A stretch of 64,000 nucleotides of DNA. Source: Gemmatimonadales bacterium. Lineage in GTDB: Bacteria > Gemmatimonadota > Gemmatimonadetes > Gemmatimonadales > GWC2-71-9. The stretch covers positions 5,283-69,282 of the forward strand of contig DASWGV010000153.1 in assembly GCA_036393515.1 (NCBI GenBank), read 5' to 3'. Shown here in pieces: positions 46,069 through 56,188 of the stretch. A model generated the notes under the pieces. That model made no database searches. It had not been told where the DNA came from and saw only the letters and a list, made by a program, of their open reading frames with translations. Position 1 is the stretch's first letter, and each line of letters starts with the position of its first letter. A program made the position numbers and the translations under genes.

Positions 46069-46958
46069 CGGGCGGACTATGGCGTCGCATCAAGGCAGTG
46101 GCGTTCACCGACGTTGCCGTGCTGGTCTCGGGGAAAACCGGCGAGGTGATCGCGGGCATGGAGCGCGCACTCATCGAGGCGGACTTTGGTCCGGCGGCTT
46201 TTCCCCTGCTCAACGCGCTGGAGAGCGCGCTGCGCGAAGGCGCGCTTCGCACCGACGATCACGTGCGCGCGTGGTTGGCGGACCGGATCGCCGTCGGGCT
46301 GCGTGACGGCGGGGACCCCGGCGCGCTGCGGCTGGATGAGCCGGGGCCCTCGGTTTTTCTTTTCCTGGGCGTCAACGGTGTGGGCAAGACCACGCAGGTG
46401 GCCAAGGTGGCGCACCGGCTGCTCGCGCAGGGGCGGAGCGTGTTGCTCGCGGCCGCGGACACCTACCGGGCAGGCGCGAGTGAGCAGCTGGAAATCTGGG
46501 CGGAGCGCCTCGGGGTACCGTGCATCTGCGGCGCGCCGCGCGCGGATCCCGCGGCGGTCGCCTTTGATGCCGTCGAGGCGGCACAGGCGCGCGGCACGCA
46601 CGTTGTGCTGGTGGACACTGCCGGCCGGCTGCACACGCAACGCGATCTGATGGGGGAGTTGGCGAAGGTGCATCGGGTCATTGCTCGCCGCCGGCCGGGA
46701 GCGCCCCAGGAGGTTTTTCTGGTGTTGGATGCGACCACTGGCCAGAACATGCTGGCGCAGGGACGCACGTTCGCCCAGGCCGTGCCGCTCACCGGTCTCA
46801 TTCTCACCAAACTGGACGGCACGGCCAAAGGCGGGGTGGTCGTGGGATTGCGGGCAGAGCTCCCGGTGCCGATTCGATTCCTCGGGACGGGGGAGGCTCT
46901 GGGCGATCTCGAGCCGTTCGATGCCGACCGGTTCGCGGAGCGCCTCCTGGCCGACTGA
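46065..46958 (+). CDS. ftsY: signal recognition particle receptor FtsY (NG domain only)
   Basis: In-frame part of ORF 45390..46958. GTG 46065 overlaps the upstream stop. Motifs GVNGVGKTT, DTAGRLH, TKLDGTAKGG and GTGE. Confidence 0.9.
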   Translation: MTGGLWRRIKAVAFTDVAVLVSGKTGEVIAGMERALIEADFGPAAFPLLNALESALREGALRTDDHVRAWLADRIAVGLRDGGDPGALRLDEPGPSVFLFLGVNGVGKTTQVAKVAHRLLAQGRSVLLAAADTYRAGASEQLEIWAERLGVPCICGAPRADPAAVAFDAVEAAQARGTHVVLVDTAGRLHTQRDLMGELAKVHRVIARRRPGAPQEVFLVLDATTGQNMLAQGRTFAQAVPLTGLILTKLDGTAKGGVVVGLRAELPVPIRFLGTGEALGDLEPFDADRFAERLLAD

Positions 46959-49060
46959 TGGGCCTCCGGCTGGACAGTCCGGTGCAGTTTCTCCGTGGCG
47001 TCGGGCCCCGGCGGGCCGAAGCGTTCGCCGGGCTCGGCATCATCACCGTCGAAGACCTGCTTTATCACACGCCCCACCGCTACATCGACGCGACCATGGT
47101 GACGCCGATTAGCCGCGTCCGCGAGGGAGCGGACGTGACCATTATCGGCCGCGTGGTCTCCACGGGAGTGTTGCCGACCCGTCGCGGCCTGCGAATTTTC
47201 CACGCGGTCCTGCGAGACGACTCCGGGTTGATCGAGTGCGCCTGGCCCGGGCAGGCTTTTCTGGATCGCTCCATCCTGCCGGACCAGGTGCTGCTGGTGA
47301 CGGGCCCGGTCAAGCACTACCACGGCCGGCAGGTGGTGCCGCGGGAGTACGTCATCCTGGAAGATGCCAAGGAGGCTGAAGGCCAGGGAGGGCGAGCGGG
47401 GGGGATGGTGTTGCCGGTATACCCGGCGACCGAGGGACTCAGTCACCGGCAGATCCGTCGGATAGTTCTGCACCATCTGGACGGGATGCTGGCAACCGTG
47501 GAAGATCCGCTTCCGCCGCCGGTGCGGGAGGCCGCAGGCCTGGTGTCGTTGCGAGACGCGTTGAGTGCCCTCCATCGTCCCTCCTCGTCCCTCCGGGGCG
47601 CTCCTCGTCTGGGGGACGGGGGGGTGGAGGAGGGACGGCGTCGCCTCGCGTTCGACGAGTTGTTCGATCTGCAGCTGGTGGTGGCCAGAGCGCGCCAGCT
47701 TTCCAAGGCGGCCGCCAAGGGTGTCCGGTTTGAGAACCGTCGAGAGCTCACCACCGCCTTGAAGGCGGCGCTGCCGTTCGAGCTCACCCGTGGCCAAAAG
47801 CGCGCGGTGCGGGACATCGCCGCGGACATGGTGTCGGCGGAACGAATGCATCGGCTCCTCATGGGGGATGTAGGAACGGGCAAGACGGTGGTGGCGCTGT
47901 TCGCCATGCTGCTCGCGGTGGAAAACGGGTACCAGGCCGCGTTCATGGCGCCGACCGAGTTGTTGGCGGAGCAGCACGCGCGGACCCTGGCGACCCTGTT
48001 ACGGCCTCTGGGGATTGAACCGGAACTCCTGTTGGGCCGGCTGGCGGCGGCCGGTAAATCCGCCGCTCGCCGGCGGATTCAAAGCGGCGGGGCCCGCGTG
48101 GTTGTCGGCACGCATGCGCTGATCGAGGATCCGACGGCGTTCCACCGCCTGGGGCTGGTGGTCATTGACGAACAGCACCGTTTCGGGGTGGAGCAGCGGG
48201 CGGCCCTGATCGCTAAGGGAACCGGCCCGGATGTCCTGTTGTTATCGGCCACGCCGATCCCGCGGACGTTGGCGCTCACGATCTATGGCGATCTGGATAT
48301 CTCCGTGCTCCGCGAGCGGCCGGCCGGTCGTCCCGTGGTTCATACTACGGTGCGCGCGGGCACGGACCGCGCCCGGGTTATCCGGTTCCTCAAAGATCAA
48401 TGTGCAGGCGGCCGGCAGGCCTACGTGGTCTATCCCATCATCGAGGAGTCGGAGCGGGTGGATCTCCGGGCCGCGACCACGGGCGCGGTGGACCTGGCTC
48501 ACCGGCTCGCGCCCGCGCGCGTCGGATTGGTGCATGGGCGGATCAAGTCGGACGAGCGGAGCGCGACCATGCGGCGGTTTCGGGATGGCGAGCTGGACGT
48601 GCTGGTGGCGACCACCGTGATCGAGGTCGGCATTGACGTGCCCAACGCGACGGTCATGGTGGTGGAGCACGCGGAGCGGTTTGGGCTGGCCCAGCTGCAT
48701 CAGCTGCGGGGGCGCGTGGGGCGGGGGACCGAGGAGAGCCATTGCGTCCTGCTGACCGACGATGGCGGGGCCGCCGCCCGCCTCGGCCGGTTCGCGCGCG
48801 TGGCGGACGGTTTTCGGATTGCCGATCTCGATCTGCGGGAACGGGGCATGGGCGAGCTCGCTGGCGCCCGGCAGTCGGGTGGTCTGGTGCTGCGGCACGC
48901 CAGTCTGGTGACCGACGCGGATCTGCTGGTGGCCGCCCGCCGGGCCGCCTTTGAGCTACTGGCGCACGACCCCGGCCTGCGTCGGCCCGAGCACGTGGGA
49001 CTCTGCCGGCGGGTAGAGCGGCGGTATGAACGGGGGCTCGAGTTGTTCCGGGTCGGATAG
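46958..49060 (+). CDS. recG: ATP-dependent DNA helicase RecG
   Basis: ORF 46958..49060. The ATG shares one nt with the ftsY stop. Wedge domain, GDVGTGKT, DEQHRFG, LSATPIPRT and QLHQLRGRVGRG. Confidence 0.93.
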   Translation: MGLRLDSPVQFLRGVGPRRAEAFAGLGIITVEDLLYHTPHRYIDATMVTPISRVREGADVTIIGRVVSTGVLPTRRGLRIFHAVLRDDSGLIECAWPGQAFLDRSILPDQVLLVTGPVKHYHGRQVVPREYVILEDAKEAEGQGGRAGGMVLPVYPATEGLSHRQIRRIVLHHLDGMLATVEDPLPPPVREAAGLVSLRDALSALHRPSSSLRGAPRLGDGGVEEGRRRLAFDELFDLQLVVARARQLSKAAAKGVRFENRRELTTALKAALPFELTRGQKRAVRDIAADMVSAERMHRLLMGDVGTGKTVVALFAMLLAVENGYQAAFMAPTELLAEQHARTLATLLRPLGIEPELLLGRLAAAGKSAARRRIQSGGARVVVGTHALIEDPTAFHRLGLVVIDEQHRFGVEQRAALIAKGTGPDVLLLSATPIPRTLALTIYGDLDISVLRERPAGRPVVHTTVRAGTDRARVIRFLKDQCAGGRQAYVVYPIIEESERVDLRAATTGAVDLAHRLAPARVGLVHGRIKSDERSATMRRFRDGELDVLVATTVIEVGIDVPNATVMVVEHAERFGLAQLHQLRGRVGRGTEESHCVLLTDDGGAAARLGRFARVADGFRIADLDLRERGMGELAGARQSGGLVLRHASLVTDADLLVAARRAAFELLAHDPGLRRPEHVGLCRRVERRYERGLELFRVG

Positions 49061-49142
49061 CCGCTGGCGCGCAGAACCAGCAGAAGCTCGCAGGTAAGCG
49101 GACGCATACAACTTGTGAGCCCGCGCCCCTAGATTGCGAGTG

Positions 49143-50867
49143 ATGCCTAAAGTCGGGTTCCTGGCCGGGCTGTGCGTCGCCATGGCCGTTACGGGATCCC
49201 TTCATGCCCAGGCCGTGCGCGGCGTACTGGTCGAACGCGGCAGCGGCCGTCCCGTACGGGGTGGGTTCGTCGTGTTGCTCGACGACAGCAACGCGGAAGT
49301 CGTGCGCGCCCTCACGGACGATGCCGGCCGCTTCCTGATCCGTGCGCCCCAGGCCGGCCAGTATCGGCTACAGTCCAAGCGGATTGGGTTCCGGCTGTTC
49401 GTTTCCGAACCGCTTACCCTCGAGGCCGACCAGACAGTCGCCTACCGTGCCCAGGTGGAGGCGGTGCCCGCCATGCTTCCGCCGGTAATCGTCGAGGGGC
49501 GTCCCCAATGCGGGTCGCGGGGCGAGGCCGGTTCGATCACCGCTCGGCTCTGGGAAGAAGCGCGTGAAGCGCTGGCGGCTGTCTCGTGGACGTCGGGTGA
49601 GGGGCGGCATCGGTACCAGCTGCTGAACTTCTTCCGTCAGTATGGGCCCGTCGGCCGCATGGTGCTGAAGGACAGCAGCTGGACGGTGTCGGGGTACAGC
49701 GAATCCCCCTTCACTAGCCTGCCGGCGGAACACCTGGCGGAGGCGGGGTACGTCGTCGCCGGGTGGGGCGGGGACACGGTGGACTACTACGCGCCGGACG
49801 CCAACGTCCTGCTCAGCGACGCATTCCTGAACACCCATTGCTTCACCGCCCGAGATGGCGCAGGCGCGAACGCGGGGCTGGTCGGGCTCGCCTTCCAGCC
49901 GGCGCCCGGGCGCGTGCGGGCGGACGTGGACGGGGTTCTCTGGTTTGACCGGACCAACGCCGAGCTTCGCTATCTGGCGTTCGAGTACACCAACCTTCCT
50001 CCATGGCTTCCCCAAGGCCCGCTCGGCGGACGGGTCGAGTTCATGCGGCTCAGCGCCGGCGCATGGATCGTGCGGCACTGGTGGATTCGCATGGCCGTGA
50101 TGGGGCGCGTGGTGTACCGCGACACCGGGCGCGAGCCCGAACCCAGGGTGGTCGGGTTCCGCGAGCGGGGTGGCCAAGTCACCACCATCACGACCTCACG
50201 CGGCGCGCTAGCGTATTCCGCCCGGGAAGCGATCCTGGAGGGCACGGTGTTCGACTCTACGCGGGGAGCTTTTCTGACCCGCGCCACCGTGTTTCTGGAA
50301 GGCCGGGCGGATTCCGCTCGCACCGACGATCGGGGTGCGTATGCCCTGCCGGTTCCCGTCGAGGGGATGTACGGCGTGTCGTTCCGCCACCCGCGACTCG
50401 ATTCGCTGGGGTTCCGTCCGGAAGCAACGCCCGTGATGTTGGAGCTCGGAGCCCGGACGGTCCTCCCGCTGGCCATTCCCGGCGAAGCGCGCCTGCTGGC
50501 GAACCTCTGCCGGGCCAAGCCCCTGGGACCGGAGGAGCGCGTCTTGATTGGTGTGGTGCGGGACCAGAGCGATGTCCCGATACCCGGAGCGACGGTGGGT
50601 GCGGCGTGGCAGCTCTTTGGAGGTGGGCGGGGAGCCTCCATCACCATCCGCCACGAGCGGCTTGAAGCGGTGGCGGATGGCACCGGCCGCTACGTGCTGT
50701 GTGGCGTCCCGCTCGGTCTGGTGACCGTCAGGGCGTCCGTGGCCGGCACCGCCGCCGGCGCCACCGTGACGCTGCGTTTCGTCGAGGAAGGCGTCTGGGT
50801 CGATGACCAGCGATATCGGAACTGGCCGGGGAGAATCTGGACGCAGGACTTCTCCCTCCGACCCTAG
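49143..50867 (+). CDS. secreted protein with carboxypeptidase-regulatory-like (CarboxypepD_reg) beta-sandwich domains
   Basis: ORF 49134..50867. I prefer ATG 49143, giving signal peptide MPKVGFLAGLCVAMAVTGSLHAQA. Three segments fit the pattern, e.g. VRGVLVERGSGRPVRGGFVVLLDD...DDAGRFLIRAPQAGQYRL. Confidence 0.7.
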   Translation: MPKVGFLAGLCVAMAVTGSLHAQAVRGVLVERGSGRPVRGGFVVLLDDSNAEVVRALTDDAGRFLIRAPQAGQYRLQSKRIGFRLFVSEPLTLEADQTVAYRAQVEAVPAMLPPVIVEGRPQCGSRGEAGSITARLWEEAREALAAVSWTSGEGRHRYQLLNFFRQYGPVGRMVLKDSSWTVSGYSESPFTSLPAEHLAEAGYVVAGWGGDTVDYYAPDANVLLSDAFLNTHCFTARDGAGANAGLVGLAFQPAPGRVRADVDGVLWFDRTNAELRYLAFEYTNLPPWLPQGPLGGRVEFMRLSAGAWIVRHWWIRMAVMGRVVYRDTGREPEPRVVGFRERGGQVTTITTSRGALAYSAREAILEGTVFDSTRGAFLTRATVFLEGRADSARTDDRGAYALPVPVEGMYGVSFRHPRLDSLGFRPEATPVMLELGARTVLPLAIPGEARLLANLCRAKPLGPEERVLIGVVRDQSDVPIPGATVGAAWQLFGGGRGASITIRHERLEAVADGTGRYVLCGVPLGLVTVRASVAGTAAGATVTLRFVEEGVWVDDQRYRNWPGRIWTQDFSLRP

Positions 50868-51211
50868 GCGGTGGGTTGCTCCAGAGCCTGGTCCGCCTTG
50901 GCCGCCAGGACGAAATCGCTCTCGGTGAGTCCGTTGATCTTGTGGGTCCAGATCTTCAGTCCCACCGTGCCCCACGCGAGATAGATGTCTGGGTGATGGC
51001 CCTGTTCCTCCGCGATCGCTCCAACGCGGTTGGTGAACGCCAGCGCCTCCGCGAAATCTTTGAAACGATAGTCCTTTTCCAGGTGGTGGCTGCCAACCGC
51101 ACGCCACCCGCCACCCAGCTGCTGCAGTAGAAACGCGATCACGTCGTCCTGAAGCGGCGGGACACCTCCGCGGCAGGGGACGCAGGATTTGGCGGCAAGT
51201 TCGCTGGCCAT
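50864..51211 (-). CDS. phhB: pterin-4-alpha-carbinolamine dehydratase
   Basis: ORF 50864..51211 (-). Motifs CVPCRGG, FAEALAFTNRVGAIAEEQGHHPD and WTHK. GGGAGG lies 4 nt upstream of the ATG. Confidence 0.85.
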   Translation of the reverse strand: MASELAAKSCVPCRGGVPPLQDDVIAFLLQQLGGGWRAVGSHHLEKDYRFKDFAEALAFTNRVGAIAEEQGHHPDIYLAWGTVGLKIWTHKINGLTESDFVLAAKADQALEQPTA

Positions 51212-51301
51212 AGGGCCTCCCGATCAGAACAAGATAACGCTGGAGGATGGTGGAGGTTGGTGAACGTACGACTTCTCCTGTTCTTCCCTCGGCCCCTCTC
51301 G

Positions 51302-51330
51302 TTGACGCGTTTCCCAGCCCGGACTAGCAT
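51302..51330 (+). promoter_or_regulatory. sigma70-like promoter candidate TTGACG-N17-TAGCAT positioned for a near-leaderless asnS mRNA
   Basis: TTGACG at 51302-07, an exact 17-nt spacer, then TAGCAT at 51325-30. The asnS ATG at 51340 lies 9 nt after the -10 and has no Shine-Dalgarno. Confidence 0.3.
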
Positions 51331-51339
51331 ACCGTCGCC

Positions 51340-52638
51340 ATGAAGGACCATCTGCGCATCAGCGACCTGTCGAAACTTGCCGGGCAGACCGTGACGATCT
51401 GCGCCTGGGTGATGACCACCCGGTCCAGCGGCAAGGTGGCGTTCGCGGTGGTGCGTGACGGGACGGGGTACCTCCAGGTCGTCCTGGCCAAGGCCGAGGT
51501 CAGCGACGATGTGTGGGAGCGTCTCAAGGCCCTCACCCAGGAGACCTCAGTACGGGTGATCGGCGTGGTGCGCGCCGATTCGCGGGCGCCGGGCGGGGTC
51601 GAGCTGGGCGCCACCGCGCTCGAGATCCTCGGTCCCTCGACGGACTTCCCCATCAGTCCCAAGGAACATGGCACCGCGTTCCTGTTCGAGCACCGTCACC
51701 TGTGGCTGCGGAGCCGGCGACAAGTGGCGATCATGCGCGTGCGGCACGAGGTCATCCAGGCCGTTCGCGACTTCTTTTACCAGCGGGGGTTCTACCTGGT
51801 GGACACGCCGATTCTGACGGGCGCCATTGGGGAATCCGCCGGCAGCCTGTTCGAGACCGATTACTTCGATCTGGGGAAAGCCTATCTGGCCCAAACCGGC
51901 CAGCTCTATCTCGAGGCCGCCGCCGCGGCGCTCGGCAAGGTGTACTGTTTCGGCCCCACGTTCCGCGCGGAGAAATCCAAGACCCGGCGACATCTGGCGG
52001 AGTTCTGGATGGTCGAGCCGGAGGTCGCCTGGTATGACTCCCACGACAACATGGCGCTCCAGGAGGATTTCGTCGCGTACGTCGTGGAACGTTGCCTGGA
52101 GCGCCGACGAGAAGACCTGAAGGAGCTGGAGCGCGACACAGCGCCCCTGGAGCGGGTGACGCCGCCCTTCCCGCGCATATCCTACACCGATGCCCTTAAG
52201 AAGCTCGAGGAGCTCGGCGCGAGCGTCCCGTGGGGGAAGGACCTTGGCGGCGATGAGGAGACCGTGTTGGCCAATGCCTTTGACCGCCCGGTGCTGGTGT
52301 TCAACTATCCCAAGGCGGCGAAGGCCTTCTACATGAAGGAAAACCCGTCAGATCCGAGCACCGTGCTCAACAACGATTGCCTCGCCCCGGAAGGCTATGG
52401 CGAGATCATCGGGGGCAGCCAGCGCGAGGACGACCACGATCGCCTCCTGGCGCGGATCCACCAGGAAGGGCTGCCGCCGGAGGCCTACGGGTGGTATCTC
52501 GACCTGCGAAAATATGGGACCTTCGTGCACTCGGGTTTTGGGTTGGGTATCGAGCGCACCGTTGCGTGGATCTGCGGCATCCCCCACATCAGGGAGGCCA
52601 TCGCGTTTCCTCGGCAGATGCACCGACTCCGTCCCTAG
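51340..52638 (+). CDS. asnS: asparagine--tRNA ligase
   Basis: ORF 51340..52638, 432 aa. OB-fold N-terminus, class II motifs FRAEKSKTRRHLAEFWMVEPE and GEIIGGSQRE, C-terminal GFGLGIER. Confidence 0.92.
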   Translation: MKDHLRISDLSKLAGQTVTICAWVMTTRSSGKVAFAVVRDGTGYLQVVLAKAEVSDDVWERLKALTQETSVRVIGVVRADSRAPGGVELGATALEILGPSTDFPISPKEHGTAFLFEHRHLWLRSRRQVAIMRVRHEVIQAVRDFFYQRGFYLVDTPILTGAIGESAGSLFETDYFDLGKAYLAQTGQLYLEAAAAALGKVYCFGPTFRAEKSKTRRHLAEFWMVEPEVAWYDSHDNMALQEDFVAYVVERCLERRREDLKELERDTAPLERVTPPFPRISYTDALKKLEELGASVPWGKDLGGDEETVLANAFDRPVLVFNYPKAAKAFYMKENPSDPSTVLNNDCLAPEGYGEIIGGSQREDDHDRLLARIHQEGLPPEAYGWYLDLRKYGTFVHSGFGLGIERTVAWICGIPHIREAIAFPRQMHRLRP

Positions 52639-53462
52639 CCTTCCCGCTTGGTTTCCTCCCACAATCCGTCGAGCGTGTGGAGGTCGGTCCGGCCGAAGTC
52701 GATCCCACGTTCCGCGGCGAACGTCTCCATGCGGCGAAAGCGGGTAACGAACCGCCGGTTGGCCTGCTCCAGCGCGGCGCGTGGATCGTGGCCCAGTTTG
52801 CGGGCGAGGTTGACCACAGAGAAGAGTAGGTCGCCGATCTCATGCTCGATCTCGTGCCTCCTCGTTTCCCCTCGTCGGTCCTCGTCTCGATCCGAATCAG
52901 CGTGGGCTTCCCTGCGCAGCTCCTCCAACTCTTCTGCCACCTTCGCAAACGGCCCTGACTCATCGGGCCAGTCAAATCCTACGCCGGCCGCACGTTCCTG
53001 GAGCCGCATCGCCATGATCAGCTCAGGTAGATTCGGTGGCAAACCGTCCAGCATCCCCGGCCCGCCGGGCACCCGCTCGGCGAGCTTCTGGTGCTCCCAA
53101 CTCGCGGGTGCTCCTGCCGCCTTGCCGCTCTGTCGCTCTGCCGCTGCTGCCGGACCGGCGGGGAACAGGTGCGGATGCCGCCGCCACATCTTGGATTCGA
53201 CCGAACGCGCCAGCTCCTCGCTGCCGAACTCGCCCCGCTCCTCCGCGAGCACGATCTGGAACGCCAGATGGAGCAGCAGGTCCCCTAGCTCGTCGCGAAT
53301 CCTCGCGGAGTCACCGGCGCCAAGGGCGTGGTCCAACTCCAGGACCTCTTCGACCAGGTAGGGACGCAGGGTTTGTAGGGTCTGGGCCGCGTCCCAGGGA
53401 CAACGTTTTCGGAGGTCTCGAACGAGGGTGAGAATGCGCGCAAGCGCTGATGTGTCTTGCAT
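52635..53462 (-). CDS. mazG: nucleoside triphosphate pyrophosphohydrolase MazG (tandem MazG domains)
   Basis: ORF 52635..53462 (-). Two EExxE-type modules: LVEEVLELDHAL...ELGDLLLHLAF and VAEELEELRRE...EIGDLLFSVVNLAR. Confidence 0.88.
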   Translation of the reverse strand: MQDTSALARILTLVRDLRKRCPWDAAQTLQTLRPYLVEEVLELDHALGAGDSARIRDELGDLLLHLAFQIVLAEERGEFGSEELARSVESKMWRRHPHLFPAGPAAAAERQSGKAAGAPASWEHQKLAERVPGGPGMLDGLPPNLPELIMAMRLQERAAGVGFDWPDESGPFAKVAEELEELRREAHADSDRDEDRRGETRRHEIEHEIGDLLFSVVNLARKLGHDPRAALEQANRRFVTRFRRMETFAAERGIDFGRTDLHTLDGLWEETKREG

Positions 53463-53497
53463 TTGGCTATCCGCGCCGATACGTTACCCCGCCGGCC

Positions 53498-54580
53498 GTG
53501 GACGTGTCAACGCAAACGCCAAAGTCCAGGTCCTGGGTCGAGGTGGACCTGGGCCATCTCGTGGCGAACGCGCGGGTCGTCTTGGCGGCGGCGGGGGGCG
53601 CGCGGTTGCTGCCGATGGTCAAAGCCGACGCCTACGGCGTGGGTGTCCTGCCGGTGGTGCGAGCGCTGGAAGCGGTCGATCCCTGGGGTTATGGTGTCGC
53701 CACGCCCGTCGAGGGCGCGGAATTGCGGCAGGCCGGCGTGCGTCGGCCCGTTGTCGTCTTTACCCCCGGGCGCGTTGAGCTCCTCGAGCCCTACCAGACG
53801 TACGATCTGCGCGCCGTCCTGGATGACCCGGCGGCCACCGCGGCCTGGCCCCTTCCGTTCCATTTGGAAGTGGACACCGGAATGGGGCGCGCGGGTATCA
53901 GGTGGGATGACCGGGATCGACTGGCGGCGGCCCGGTCGGCGCAGATGGAAGGTGCCTTCACCCATTTTCACTCGGCCGACCAATCGCCCGGAACGGTCGA
54001 GGTGCAGCGGATTCGGTTCCTGGAGGCGCTGGGGCATCTGGGGGTTCGGCCGCCGATGGCGCATGCCGCGAACAGCGCCGGCGTTTGGCGGTTGCGGACC
54101 GGCTGGGAGCTGGTCCGGCCCGGCATCTTCCTCTATGGCGGGCGGATGGCGGGCGATCTTCCGGTGCCGGCTCCGGTGGTGGCGCTGCGGGCGCGGGTGG
54201 TGAGCGTGCGGATCGTGCCCCCGGGGGAGTCGGTGAGTTATGGGGCCGAGTGGACCGCGGAGCGGGAAACTCGGGTGGCGACGCTGGGCATCGGGTACGC
54301 CGATGGGGTGTCGCGCGCGGTTGCCGGGCGCGGCTCCGTGATCCTGGGTGGGGCCCGCTGCCCGATGATCGGTCGCGTGACCATGGACATGATCATGGTG
54401 GACTCTGGTCCGGTGCGGCCCCCGGTCGCGGTCGGCGACACCGCAACGTTGATTGGCTCAGACAGTCGAGAGGAGATTACCCTGGACGAGTTCGCGGCCT
54501 GGTCGGGAACGATTTCCTACGAGGTGCTCACCCGGCTGGGTCGCCGCCTGCCGCGGATGTATCGTCGTGGTCCGGAATAG
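53498..54580 (+). CDS. alr: alanine racemase
   Basis: ORF 53450..54580. ATG 53450 would overlap the divergent mazG start, so I prefer GTG 53498. Motifs VKADAYGVG (PLP lysine), [10 protein letters not shown] and SYG. Confidence 0.9.
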   Translation: MDVSTQTPKSRSWVEVDLGHLVANARVVLAAAGGARLLPMVKADAYGVGVLPVVRALEAVDPWGYGVATPVEGAELRQAGVRRPVVVFTPGRVELLEPYQTYDLRAVLDDPAATAAWPLPFHLEVDTGMGRAGIRWDDRDRLAAARSAQMEGAFTHFHSADQSPGTVEVQRIRFLEALGHLGVRPPMAHAANSAGVWRLRTGWELVRPGIFLYGGRMAGDLPVPAPVVALRARVVSVRIVPPGESVSYGAEWTAERETRVATLGIGYADGVSRAVAGRGSVILGGARCPMIGRVTMDMIMVDSGPVRPPVAVGDTATLIGSDSREEITLDEFAAWSGTISYEVLTRLGRRLPRMYRRGPE

Positions 54581-54977
54581 AGAAACCGGTGGCGAGGACG
54601 CCCTCGTGGCCGCGGCGCGCGCGGTACGGGAGCGGGCGTACGCCCCTTACAGCGGGTTCGCCGTCGGTGCGGCCCTGGAAGCGGAGGACGGACGGGTGTT
54701 CGTAGGAGTCAACCTGGAAAACGCGTCCTATGGGCTTACCAACTGCGCCGAGCGTGCCGCGGTGGCCGCCGCGGTCACGGCCGGGGCGCGACGCTTTCGC
54801 CGGATGGTGATTGCCACCAACGCGGTGCCACCGGCCGCGCCGTGTGGTGCGTGCCGGCAGGTGCTGGCCGAGTTCGGCGACGAGCTGGTGGTGGAGTCCG
54901 TGGGCCCGTCCGAGCGGCGTACGTGGCGGCTCCGAGACCTGCTGCCTGACCGATTCGGTCCGGAGTCACTGGCGTGA
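54567..54977 (+). CDS. cdd: cytidine deaminase
   Basis: In-frame part of ORF 54453..54977. GTG 54567 overlaps alr by 14 nt. Motifs [16 protein letters not shown] and PCGACRQ (zinc ligands). Confidence 0.85.
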   Translation: MVRNRETGGEDALVAAARAVRERAYAPYSGFAVGAALEAEDGRVFVGVNLENASYGLTNCAERAAVAAAVTAGARRFRRMVIATNAVPPAAPCGACRQVLAEFGDELVVESVGPSERRTWRLRDLLPDRFGPESLA

Positions 54978-56188
54978 GCGACCGTGCCGCCCTTCCGCTC
55001 GGCCGCTCGACCCTGAGATGCTTGCTGCTCCTGGCCCTCGCCGGCTGCCGAGAGTCTGTGACGGCCCCGGGCTTGTGTCCGGAGTTCTGCCTCGCTGGCG
55101 AATTCGCCATGCGGGACACGATCCTGTCGAACGTCATCGCCGCAGATTCGTCTTTCGTGGGGTATCGGTTCGCTACGCATGCCTACCGGATGCAGGTTGC
55201 CGGGTCCGGCGGGCCGGTGGAATCGCGGGGGTTGGTCACGTTCACCAGGTTCTTCGACACCTATGGGGGTTCGGACAGCAGCGCTTCCCGCACCATCCTC
55301 ACCACGGACTCCTTCCGGCTCTCGTTCAACCTGGTTCGGCGCAGTCCGGCCCCTGGGCTCGCGTTGCTGGTGTACCGGGTGGGGATACGGCCGGATACCG
55401 CGACGACGTGGGATGACGTCGCGCCGTTCTTCGACGACACCGCCTTGGTCGGGTCCATCCCGATTGACGATACCTTACAGACCGGGACCGTCGCGGCGGC
55501 TTTCCCGGCCGGCGCCTTTCCCGCCTTCGAGCCGGATAGCTTCATGATGTCGGTCGGGTTGCGGGTAGCCGGACCGGCCTTCGCGGACATCTCGACGGTT
55601 GATTCCATCACCGCCACCGTCCTTGTCCGGTACACCAGCCACGACTCGGTGGGGACCACGGTCACGCGATCGGAGGCGCGGGCCGCGTTCTTCGACACGT
55701 TCCTGGGGGATCCGGCCAGTCTGGGGACGCTGGGACTACGGGTCGGCGGGCTCCCGGCCGCGCGGGTGCTGCTCCGGGCTTCGGTGCCGGCGAACGTGGT
55801 GGATTCCACCCAGGTGGTGCGGGCTACCCTGCTGCTGGTGCCCGCGCAGCCCGCCCTCGGGGCCGCCGGTGACACCTTCCGCCTGCGGGTGCACGCGCTG
55901 GGCGCGGACTTCGGTGCCAAGTCACCCCTGATCATTGAGGGAGCCGACACGCTGGAGATGGGGAGCACCAAGGTGGCGGTGGGAACTGGCGACACCATTC
56001 GGATCGACATTACGCATGTGCTTCAGGCCTGGCGCGCCAGCGCGACGCTCCCGCGCTCCATGATGCTGCGGCTGGTGCCGGAAGCGGCGTCCGTGGCGGC
56101 GCTGGATCTGCTCCCCAGCTCGTCGCCGGCGGGCCGGCCGTCGCTCCACCTCACGTACATACCGCTCTACCGGTTCCCGGGCCGATGA
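54974..56188 (+). CDS. hypothetical lipoprotein
   Basis: ORF 54974..56188. The GTG start overlaps the cdd stop. Lipobox [10 protein letters not shown] recognise no family for the mature part. Confidence 0.6.
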   Translation: MSDRAALPLGRSTLRCLLLLALAGCRESVTAPGLCPEFCLAGEFAMRDTILSNVIAADSSFVGYRFATHAYRMQVAGSGGPVESRGLVTFTRFFDTYGGSDSSASRTILTTDSFRLSFNLVRRSPAPGLALLVYRVGIRPDTATTWDDVAPFFDDTALVGSIPIDDTLQTGTVAAAFPAGAFPAFEPDSFMMSVGLRVAGPAFADISTVDSITATVLVRYTSHDSVGTTVTRSEARAAFFDTFLGDPASLGTLGLRVGGLPAARVLLRASVPANVVDSTQVVRATLLLVPAQPALGAAGDTFRLRVHALGADFGAKSPLIIEGADTLEMGSTKVAVGTGDTIRIDITHVLQAWRASATLPRSMMLRLVPEAASVAALDLLPSSSPAGRPSLHLTYIPLYRFPGR

